Source: Octopus sinensis
Taxonomy: Eukaryota
Assembly: GCF_006345805.1 (NCBI RefSeq)
Contig: NC_042997.1
Coordinates: 67,146,001-67,210,000 of the forward strand
Length of the DNA stretch: 64,000 nucleotides
Direction: 5' to 3'
Every line of letters starts with the position of its first letter. Within the stretch, counting starts at the first letter, position 1. Made by a program: the position numbers and the translations under genes. Shown piece by piece: positions 53,739-64,000 of this stretch. Below the pieces are notes generated by a model. That model was not told the DNA's origin. It was given only the letters and a program-made list of their open reading frames with translations, and made no database searches.

Positions 53739-53870
53739 CGGATTTCTTTGTTTCCGTCTACCAAATCTACTTACAAGGGTTTGGACAGCCCGGGGCTATA
53801 TTAGAAAACACTTGTGCAAGGTGGGACTAATGTCTCGGAATCATGTGCTTGAGGAGCAAGCTTCTGAGTG
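53736..53870 (-). mobile_element. SINE family B, 5' half
   Basis: tttccgtctaccaaatc, acacttg.gcaaggtg, gagcaagcttc. Confidence 0.6.
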
Positions 53871-55149
53871 AGAAAATCTCGTGATGAAAGGCTTTTCAAC
53901 CATGTATCTGGTATTACCTTATATCATTTTCCTTTGTTATATTTTAGAGCAGTAAATGCGTAATTTGAAATATGTTTGGGTCCTGTCTCTAACAGGTAGA
54001 ATAACCACGTAGAGACATCCTCGTTGGTTCAACTCAGTCTGCTACTCTGTACACATTCAGGAATAATATATTTAAGGATAGCCGGAATTCAGACGGACCG
54101 AAACAGTGTAAATGTAAATATTGGAAAATTTCTCGCCTCTTATAGATGAGGTCAATGTCCGATAAGCAATGATCAAACGAAAACAGTTTTTCATCCCAAA
54201 CATTTAATCAATCAATACATAAACTGCTCATACATACATTCATACATACATACATACATGCATGCATACATACATACATACATACATAATACATACATAC
54301 ATACATACATACATACATACATACATACATACATACATACATGCATGCATGCATGGCGTAAAATACTGATACATTGACATAGAGGACTATTCATTAACCC
54401 GGATAATGAATTCTATCCTCAATAATTTTTGTCATTAACACAAATCTGGTAAAAAGCAACAGCCTTTTTTTAAAAGCTCGTAGCAGTAACCTAACAGAGA
54501 AATTCATACCACGTGGAATATTATTATATATATACAGCATGGTGACGAAAGAATCCGCAGATAGCCATCGCAGATCGAGGAGCTATAGAGAAAAATATCA
54601 GTGGACTTTCGAACTGAACCAAAACGTATACCAGTTCTGCTGAAAGGCTTGGAAAGATCCCTCGATAGACAACATAAAGAGATAAAGAATATTAGGATAA
54701 GAAATACCCAACAGTCTTCGTTATTTCAGAGAAACAATTACGCCAGCAAGCTACATTTGTTGAAAAGAAATATGTCAGCCTACCAAACAAAATCATTCTG
54801 CCAAAATGCACATGTGAAATATTAATATTAATAACACAATAAACGTTTTCCACGAAGAGACTATGAATGGCAAAAAACACGACTAAGGCAAACAAGAATA
54901 ACAAACCGCCACCGCTAAACGAACATGTGGCAACCGCTTACGATCTGGCAAAAACAGTGGGGAATATAAGATACTAAAATCACAGCTTGCATCGCAGTTC
55001 AAGAACGTCACTATTTACTACAGCAGGCACTGCATTAAAGACCCGATACAAGTTAGGAGAAAACCAACCGACCTGATGTTACCAGCGATTGTCGAGACTG
55101 CGAGAGAACAACTAGTTAAAATTCAACTGCCCAGCTTTAAAAACAAAAC

Positions 55150-55488
55150 CTTTTTAGTTGAAGAAATCGACCTCAGGACTTATTATTTGTAAGACTAGTA
55201 CTTATTTTATCGGTTCGTTTTGCCGAACCGCTACATAACGGAGACGTAAACACACCAACATCGGTTGTCAAGCGATGGTGGGGGAACAAACACAGACACA
55301 AAGACACACACATATTCATTTATATACGATGGTCTTCTTTCATTCTCCGTCTACTAAATCCACTCACAAGGCTTTGGTCGGCCCGAGGCTACAGTAAAAG
55401 ACATTTGGCCAAGGTGCCACGCAGTGGGACAGAACTGGGAACCCTGTTGTTGGGAGCAAGCTTCTTACCACACAGCCACGATGCGCCT
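55150..55488 (-). mobile_element. SINE family B copy
   Basis: Reverse complement of the head, core and tail of 53223-53656. Confidence 0.85.
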
Positions 55489-56082
55489 ATATATATAAAT
55501 ATATATAGATAGATAAATATAGATAGATAGATAGATAGATAGATACATACATACATACATACATACATGCATACATACATGCATACATACATACATACAT
55601 ACATACATACATACATACATACATACATACATGTATATATATATATATATATACATACAGATACATATATATATATATTATATGTATGTATGTATATATA
55701 TATACGTATATATGTATATATATTTATGTATGTGTATATATATATATAGGAACTCATATATGCAGGTACACATGTGCATATATACATAAATATACATACA
55801 TAATATACAAAAATATGTGCATAGATTTGTACGTAGATCAAGATACACACGTACGTGCAAAACCAGACACACACATACACACACATGTATGTATATGTAT
55901 GTATATATATATACACACACGCATACACACATATGTGTGTGTGTGTGTGTGTGTGTGTGTTTAGAGTGTTAGGTGTGGTGAACGGAAATTGAATATTGAG
56001 AAAAAAGTCGTCAGAATTTTGGGAAAAAAAATATTTTTATTTCTTCTTTATTATTAATGCTTTCGTTCCTTTCTCGAACTTG

Positions 56083-56275
56083 TGAACGAGCTGGCAGAAA
56101 CGTTAAGCACGCCGGGCGAAATGCGTAGCCGTATTTCGTCTGCCGTTAAGTTCTGAGTTCAAATCCCGCCGAGGTCGACTTTGCCTTTCATCCTTACGGT
56201 GTCGATGAATTAAGTACCAGTTACGCACTGGGGTCGATGTAATCGACCTAATCCCTTTGCCTGTCCTATCTATGT
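56083..56275 (+). mobile_element. SINE family A copy
   Basis: gagctggcagaaacgttaagcacgccgggcgaaatgcg...gttctgagttcaaatcccgccgagg. Confidence 0.85.
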
Positions 56276-56381
56276 TTACTGTCCTGTTTTTTGGGGTGAG
56301 GTTTCATGACAATGGAGTTGGCTAGATAGAAATATTGGTAGGGAGATAGGCTGATAGATAGACAGACAGATAGGTAGATAA

Positions 56382-56429
<48 letters not shown>

Positions 56430-56939
56430 TCAGACAGATAGGCAGAGGGGAGAGAGAGAGAAGTGGTACCCCTTCCTATTCACTATTCATTCATTTATCT
56501 ATTAATTTAGTCCTTTACCATTGTATTGGAATGGGTTAAAGTATGATGACCTTTTCAAAAAAAAAAGCAGGTGCGGTTTGGTCATCACTGAAAGTCATTT
56601 TACTTTCTTTCTCTTTTCTTTTTCCCCTCTTTCCTTCTTTTTTTCCTCTTTGAGTTATATTTAGAATACAAAATGTAGTCACCCCTTCCAAACATTCATT
56701 TTTGGAGGAAACTTTTTGATGAAATGTAGTTATGCATGAAAATACATTAGTACATTAGTATAATATTTGCAAATTAACAATTTGAAAAATCAATCAGTAA
56801 ATAAAATAAAATGAATATATATATATATATATAGTTAATCCAAACAAGAAAACACAGAAAAAAAGAGAAAAAAAACACAGCAACGCAGGACGTGGAACAA
56901 TTAAAGTATTATTGACGCTCAGGAAAGAAGGGAAGGAGG

Positions 56940-56974
56940 GTTTAACGTTTCGAGCGGAGCTCTTCGTCGGAAAC
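56940..56974 (-). ncRNA. Minimal type I hammerhead ribozyme motif (identical core to 16621-16655)
   Basis: Minus strand GUUU-CCGACGA-A-GAGC-UCC-GCUC-GAAA-CG-UU-AAAC within the 56832-57012 repeat. Confidence 0.65.
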
Positions 56975-57299
56975 AAGGAGAAGGAAAGATTCCAAGGAGG
57001 GAAGACAGAGGAGACAATATTTGAGCTGGTGGTGCTTAAGAGATCACATGTTGAAAAGAACAGAATTTGGAGGTAGTTGAAAAATGTTTTTATAATGCAA
57101 GAGAGTTCCAAAAAAAGGGAATGCCTGTGTGTGTGTGTGTGTGTGTGCAAGATGACAAGTGTGTTTGTGCTTGCGTGTGTGTGTGTGTGTATTTTTTGAT
57201 GAATGAAGGTAATGACAAAGCCAGCTGTGGTGATGACTGCTAGCTGTTTGTGTCAAGCTAGGTCAAAACCAGGTCAAAAAACAAAGGGCTATATGTATC

Positions 57300-57318
57300 A
57301 TAGTGTATGTGTTGTTTG

Positions 57319-57359
<41 letters not shown>

Positions 57360-57641
57360 TGTGTGTGTGTTCGTGTGTGTATACGTAGAGTGTGGGTGTG
57401 TGGCGTAACCTAGTACGTCTGTGCTTGTACGTGCGTGTGTGTGTGTAGGGATGTATATGTGGGTTTATTTGTGTGAGAGTGTATGTATGTACGTGTATGT
57501 GTGTGCGTGTATGTGTGCGTTTGTATGTGTTTGTGTGTATGTGTGCGTGCGCGGATAGGTCTATATTGTGTATGTATATCTGTCGGTGTGTATGTGAGTT
57601 TGTGTGTGTTTGTACGCGTGTATGTGTGTGTGAGTGTATAG

Positions 57642-57672
<31 letters not shown>

Positions 57673-59600
57673 GCGTGTGTGTATGTGTGTGTGTGAATGT
57701 ATGTATGTATGTGTGTGTGTGTGTATATGTATGTATGTATATGTGTGTGTATGTGTGTGTGTATGTATGTGTGTATGCGTGTGTATGTGTATGTATGTAT
57801 GTATGTATATGTATGCGTGTGTGTATGTATGTGTGTATGTGTGTATGTGTGTATGCATGCGTGTGTGTATGTATGTATGTGTGTGTGCATGTGTGTATGT
57901 ATGTATGTATGTGTGTATGTATGTGTGTGTGTATGTATGTATGTACGTACGTATGTATGTATGCGTGTGTGTATGTATGTATGTACGTATGTGTGTATGT
58001 ATGTATTTTTCATGCGTGTATGAGTGTATGTGCGTGTGTGTACATATGTATGTTTATGTATGTGTGTGTATGTATGTATTTATGTATGTAGTGTATGTAT
58101 GTGTGTGTGTATGTATGTATGTGTGCAAGCGTGTATGTGTGCATGTGTGTATGTATATGTGTGTGTATGTGTGTATGTATGTATATGTGTGTGTGTATGT
58201 ATGTATGTATGTATGTGTGTGTATGTATGTATGTATGTATGTATGTATGTGTATGTGTGTAAGTTTGTGTGTATGTATGTATGTATGTACGTGTGTGTGT
58301 ATGTATGTATGTGTGCGTGCGTGTGTGTGTATGTGTGTGTTGTGTATGTATGTATGTATATGTATGTTTGTGTATGTATGTATCTATGTATGTATGTGTG
58401 TTTGTATGTGTGTATATATGTATGTATGTGTGTATGCGTGTGTGTATGTGTGTAAGTGTGTATGTAAGTGTGTGTGTATGTATTTATGGACGGGTGTATG
58501 TATGTAAGTGTGTATGTGTATGTATATGTATGAATGTATATGTACGCGTGTGTGTATGTATGTATGTGTGTATAGTATGTGTGTGTGTATGTATGTATGT
58601 GTCCATGCGTGTATGTGTATGTATGTATGTATATGTATGTGTGTGTATGTATATATGTGTCTATGTATGTATGTGTGTAGTATGTGTGTATGTGTGTGTG
58701 TGTATGTGTGTGTGTATGTATGTATGTATGTGTGTGTGTATGTATGTGTATATATGTATGTATGTGTGCATGCGTGTATGTGTGTATGTGCGTGTGTGTA
58801 CGTATGTGTGTGTATGTATGTGTGTATGCATATATGCATGTGTGTATGTGTGTGTGTATGTATGTGTGTATTTGTGTATGTGTGTGTATGTATGTATGTA
58901 TATGTGTGTGTATGTGTGTATGTATATGTTTGTGTGTATGTGTGTGTATGTATGTCTGTGTGTATGTGTGTATCTGTGTATGTATGTGTTGTATGTATGT
59001 ATGTATGTGTGTGTACGTGTGTGTATGTATGCATGTATGTATGTGTGTGTATGTATGTGTGCGTGCGTGTGTGTGTGGGTATGTGTGTGTGTATGTATGT
59101 GTGTATGTATATGTATGTGTGTGTATGTATGTATGTGTGTATGTATGTGTGTGTGAATGTATGTATGTGTGCATATGTGTATGCATGTGTGTGTGTATGT
59201 ACGTGTGTGTATATATGTATGTGTATGTATGTATGTATGTATGTATGTATGTATGTATGTGTGCGTGTGTGTGTATGTATGTATGAATGTATCTATGTAT
59301 GTATTATGTGTGTGTATGTATGTATGTGTGTGTGTGAATGTGTACGTGTGGGGGGGGGGTTGGAGTGTGTGGGCGTAAGGTACATGTGCGTGTGTACGCT
59401 TACGTGCGTGTATCTGTGCGTCCCAGCTAGTTGTTTATAGGAGTGTGCGTATCCGTATGAGTACTGTCCCTGGTGTGTGTGCACGGGCGTGTGTGTGTGT
59501 GTGTGCACGTGGGGGGGTGTGGGGGGTGTATGGGTGTGGAAGTATGTGTGCGTACATGTGCATGTACGTTGTGTGTGTGTGGTGTGTTGGGAGTAGGTGT
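57300..59600. repeat. ~2.3-kb degenerate (GT)n/(GTAT)n compound microsatellite
   Basis: Nearly continuous alternating purine-pyrimidine sequence; source of many spurious MYVC/HTYI ORFs. Confidence 0.97.
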
Positions 59601-59716
59601 GTACGTGGGTACGTGGGACAATTATAAAAATTTTTTAAAAATTAAAATTAATAATTAATAAACAAAAAATAAAAATAAAATATAAAAGATGCGGGTGGAG
59701 AAGTGGAGCGCAGTCA

Positions 59717-59945
59717 CTAAGAGGAGGGGGCTGTGTTGAGTCCGTGTGGGGTTAGAGTCCGTAGAAGGAATATGAGCCGTTGCTCCAAGTGAAGCCTAGA
59801 TTGGGGAGAGCCGTTGTGTGGGGCAAGACCAAACACCGAGATGTCCTCGGGGGAATGGCTGGCTGAGCGGAAGTGCCGTGCGACGGGAGAATTTGAAAAA
59901 AGACGAATATCCCGCAGATGCTCAGTGAATCGGTCTGACAAACGG
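59717..59945 (-). mobile_element. Penelope-like element, GIY-YIG endonuclease C-terminal fragment
   Basis: RLSDRFTEHLRDIR...PVARHF...H...R...EQRLIFLLRTLTPHGLN, the typical PLE endonuclease C-terminus; truncated at (TA)n. Confidence 0.85.
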
Positions 59946-59959
59946 CGTATATATATATA

Positions 59960-60020
<61 letters not shown>

Positions 60021-60118
60021 AAATACAAAATAGGACAAGAACGCAAAACATCCGGACAACTAGGTGATACAAAAAGGGACAACAAAACATCCAGATAGAC
60101 GATACAAAAAAAGGAAGG

Positions 60119-60182
<64 letters not shown>

Positions 60183-60319
60183 GAGGGCATTATACATACA
60201 TGCCAGAAGGCATTATACATACAAGCCACACGCTAAGAGGGGCAATTAGTCATTTCTACCAAAAATATTACTAATCCCACCGAATGCAATTTTTCAAAGT
60301 AAGATATTTAAAAAATTAT

Positions 60320-60367
60320 AGACCTGTATCACAGTGATTTCATACTTACGTATTCATCAGCAGGCCT
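60320..60367 (-). ncRNA. Type I hammerhead ribozyme motif, copy 1
   Basis: Exact reverse complement of 60742-60789. Confidence 0.85.
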
Positions 60368-60741
60368 GAATGTATTATAAATAAACAACGACCCTGCCCC
60401 GCTTAAGCCGATCAGCTAACTGATCAACATCAACGAAGCACATGGGTGAGTTTACATATATTACATCCGGATAAATGGCAAACTTTTACGAATTGCATTT
60501 CGGGAGAGGAATAGTTTTTTCGGAATAAAAATTTAGCAATTAAGGACAACTACTTAATAAATACTGTCCTTAATGCTAAATTTTTATTCCGAAAAAACTT
60601 TTCCTCTCCCGAAATGCAATTCGTAAAAGTTGCCATTTATCCGATGTAATATATGTAAACTCACCATGTGCTTCGTTGATGTTGATCAGTTAGCTGATCG
60701 GCTTAAGCGGGGCAGGGTCGTTGTTTATTTATAATACATTC

Positions 60742-60789
60742 AGGCCTGCTGATGAATACGTAAGTATGAAATCACTGTGATACAGGTCT
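60742..60789 (+). ncRNA. Type I hammerhead ribozyme motif, copy 2
   Basis: AGGCCUG-CUGAUGA-AUAC-GUAA-GUAU-GAAA-UCAC-U-GUGA-UA-CAGGUCU: canonical core, 4-bp stem II with tetraloop, palindromic stem III, AUA cleavage triplet (after 60782), 7-bp stem I. Confidence 0.88.
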
Positions 60790-61214
60790 ATAATTTTTAA
60801 ATGTCTTACTTTGAAAAATTGCATTCGGTGGGATTAGTAATTTTTTGGTAGAAATGACTAATTGTCCCTCTTAGCGTGTGGCTTGTATGTATAATGCCTT
60901 CTGGCATGTATGTATAATGCCCTCTATATATAATTAATATGTTCAATAAGAAATAATTATTTTCGAAATTTTTTCTCTTATGAGGTTTCCACGCTATCTA
61001 CCTGACAATTTCTTGTTAAGTTTTCCTTATTAAGTAGTTGTCCTTAATGCTAAATTTTTATTCGAAAAACCTTCCTCTCCCGAAATGCAATTCGTAAAAG
61101 TTTGTCATTTATCCGGATGTAATATATGTAAACTCACCCATGTGCTTCGTTGATGTTGATCAGTTAGCTGATCGGCTTAAGCGGGGCAGGTCGTTGTTTA
61201 TTTATAATACATTC

Positions 61215-61261
61215 AGGCCTGCTGATGAATACGTAAGTATGAAATCACTGTGATCGGGTCT
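61215..61261 (+). ncRNA. Type I hammerhead ribozyme motif, copy 3 (altered cleavage site)
   Basis: Same core but GUGAU-CGGGUCU instead of GUGAUA-CAGGUCU; loses the unpaired H17 or mispairs stem I. Confidence 0.6.
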
Positions 61262-61990
61262 ATAATTTTTAAATGTCTTACTTTGAAAAATTGCATTCGG
61301 TGGGATTAGTAAATTTTTGGTAGAAATGACTAATTGTCCCTCTTAGCGTGTGGCTTGTATGTATAATGCCTTCTGGCATGTATGTATAATGCCCTCTATA
61401 TATAAATTAATATGTTCAATAAGAAATAATTATTTTCGAAATTTTTTCTCTTATGAGGTTTCCACGCTATCTACCTGACAATTTCTTGTTAAGTTTTCCT
61501 TATTAAGTAGTTGTCCTTAATTGCTATATATATATATATATATATATACTTGTTCTTTCACCACCGTTTAACGGTGAATAGATACAATGTCTTAGATACG
61601 TACATGCAAATATAAACCTACCTATACATATGTAAAGGCACACACAATCTTAACTGGCTTATAAACCTTTTCCACACTGCAATTGTTTTTGTTTCAGCAC
61701 ACGATCTCAGATCAAGTCACTTGCTATGCAAGTATATCTCCGTAATAAATAGATAGATAGATAAATAGATAGATATAGATTGTAAAATATATATAATCGG
61801 AGAAATAGCGTGTGTGTGTGTACACTATTTCTCCGATTTTCAGCTAAGTGCCTTGCCTGGAGATCGGAAATTGGAAACTTGTAGTTGAAATTTGGGAAAT
61901 TTCACTTTCTATCTTCCTTTTCTTTTTTAACTGAATAGTTTCTGTTTTAGATTGCAAACGCAAACATTTACGTAATGAAATAATGTGTGT

Positions 61991-62033
<43 letters not shown>

Positions 62034-62324
62034 TGTGTGTGTGTGTGTTACATTAGATTTATTGTTACATTATATTTATGTGTGAATGTTAGATTAGATT
62101 TATTCAGGACTAACAGAACTTGCTCGAAGATGCTTTCTGATTGCATTGGGGGGGGGGGGAGGACATTTTTCATATCATAATTGTCGTTATTTTACAAGTC
62201 TCAATCTGTGTTTTCATTTTAAAGTTAAAATTTCTTATGTAAAGTTATACCACAAAGCGTATGTTATTTGCATATCACATTTCTGTAGATTTCCGTAGTG
62301 GCAAGTGTGGTCTTTGTGTGGTCT

Positions 62325-62480
62325 TTGTTTCAGCACACGATCTCAGATCAAGTCACTTGCTTTGCAAGTACATCACCTTAATATATATATATATATTACA
62401 GAAATGTACTTGCTTAGCAAGTGACCTGATTTGAGATCGTGTGCTGGAACGAAAACAATTGCAGCGTGGAAGGTGTTTAT
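62325..62480. repeat. MITE-like inverted repeat around (TA)n; one arm also at ~61680-61737
   Basis: cagcacacgatctcagatcaagtcacttgct.tgcaagtaca versus tgtacttgcttagcaagtgacctgatttgagatcgtgtgctg. Confidence 0.8.
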
Positions 62481-62819
62481 ATATACTTATGTAGTGTCTT
62501 GTTTTACTTAGCAAGCAACGAATTAAACATTTATTTGGAAATGAAATTTTTTATGCAGATATATTGAAATATTGTGAGTTTTCAAATTGTACTCTTTTGA
62601 CTATAGAACTTTACATTCAAAATTTCTCCATCGGAATCTAACATTGAAATCAAAACACAGTCAAGAGTTGTAATGTTGATAAATTCTTCTCAGTACAGCG
62701 AGAAAATATTTTCACGTGAAGTCAATAAGAGTGCACGATAAAACTAACATATTAACTAATTGGCCTAAAATGAAAGCGAAAGCTATAAAATCATAAAATG
62801 TATTGAAGAATATAGAGGA

Positions 62820-62912
62820 AAATGACAACGAAAAATCAACTAGATACGCACATATACACATACAAGCGCTCAATCTCTTCCTCTCTCTCTCATTCTTTAT
62901 CTCTCTCTCGCT

Positions 62913-62945
<33 letters not shown>

Positions 62946-63770
62946 AACACTCCACAAGCTTCACTAATTATACGGCCATTGACACGAACATCAAGAACTT
63001 AATAAAACGTATTCTAAAATACAGACATTACTTTAAATGAATACATCACAACCCCGCATAACAACCATGTTCATATTAAAAATTATAAAAACACAACAAA
63101 CTTAAAACAAACTGAAAAAATCCTGAAGGAATGGGTGGTTTCTGTTGGACAGTAAGCAATGCATGTAAAGATGCCCACAAGTAACCAGGACAGAACATCT
63201 GTCTTTCCACAGAACGTCTGTCTCTCTAACAAACACAGCCTTTCTCAGTATAAGCAGTATAAATGCACGCGGCCTGGGGTTGCCTTGGAAACAGGGCCAC
63301 CGACTCAATGACCTTAAGTCACTAAGTTTAGATGTAGTGACTATCAGTGAAACCAGACTTTCCGATCGACGAGCTTTCATGCTCATTTCTGATGGATACT
63401 TATCACCATTTACTTATTTCTATGTCAACTGGGGATGGTGGGGGTAGAATTGCGGTGTTTGTTCTGAAAAGGTCTGGATCTCAAGATAAGGACTATTTTC
63501 CTGAACCCAGAAGGTAAGTATGTGGTCCTGGATGTGAGCTGTAGCAACGGAGGTGCCTTCAGACTAGTGGCTGTTTATGCTCCGAGAAGGGTAGAGCAAC
63601 CAGATTTCTTTAGATCTCTAAATAGGCCTACTCTATGCATGCACCTGTAGATTGAAGGAGGACGATGTGAAAGGGCACTTGCCCTAGCGGTGGGAGCGAC
63701 CGTGGCTTTGTGGAGTCTTCACGTGTAGCTCTAGGAAGTCTCCTTCTTTTGGGATTTATTCGTTCTCATA
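62820..63770 (+). mobile_element. Internally deleted L1/Tx1-like element, second copy
   Basis: FLSISSINARGLGLPWKQGHRLNDLKSLSLDVVTISETRL ... FRLVAVYAP (APE N-half) joined to the same 3' block as 50379-51845. Confidence 0.8.
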
Positions 63771-63847
63771 ATTTTATACTTTTTACAAGCTTTTTTTGTA
63801 ACCCAGCATTGTGTTTTCTTGTATCGTCCCCGATGGTTTTTGTGAAC

Positions 63848-63910
<63 letters not shown>

Positions 63911-64000
63911 CATTATTATTATTATTATTAATTATTATTATTCCTTCATCTGATCTCTTCATGTATAGGCGATCAGTGTCTGCACATAGATGAGAGGTTT

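Larger units (their letters stand above)
60175..61526. repeat. Inverted-plus-tandem ~473-bp repeat array flanked by (TA)n (pLTR/retrozyme-like)
   Basis: 60175-60548 is the reverse complement of 60565-60932 (16-nt loop); direct units start at 60565, 61039 and 61512 (periods 474 and 473). Confidence 0.95.

Noticed and set aside
54540-55110. A-rich segment with a C..C remnant
   Set aside because: Possibly a LINE 3' relic, but no diagnostic motif could be read.
57298-59658. Long ORFs (up to 368 aa) of MYVC/HTYI type, and similar poly-I/Y/N/H/S ORFs elsewhere
   Set aside because: Translations of di-, tri- and tetranucleotide microsatellites that lack stop codons by composition.

Overview
AT-rich, microsatellite- and transposon-dense animal DNA. 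The SINE families look like octopus SINEs recalled from memory, so octopus/cephalopod origin is an inference. The only host gene I can support is three in-frame + strand exons (21544-21645, 39186-39283, 41842-41936) of a class B1 (secretin-family) GPCR of the calcitonin/DH31-receptor type; its first and later exons were not found in the window. The rest is intronic or intergenic. It contains many tRNA-derived SINEs and at least nine Dong/R4-like RLE-LINE fragments stacked in (AAT)n arrays. It also holds a ~556-bp (AAT)n-embedded non-coding element, a deleted Gypsy element with TSD, pogo, hAT, RTE and L1/Tx1 relics, a Helentron-type element and a Penelope-like GIY-YIG fragment. The most notable signal is five hammerhead-ribozyme motifs. 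Three lie in an inverted-plus-tandem ~473-bp repeat (60175-61526) and two are minimal Penelope-type motifs (16621-16655, 56940-56974). There is a 100-N assembly gap at 26450-26549. No CRISPR, rRNA or true tRNA genes were seen, and most ORF-track entries are microsatellite artefacts. Repeat boundaries were read by eye and are approximate unless a TSD, TIR or splice site is cited.
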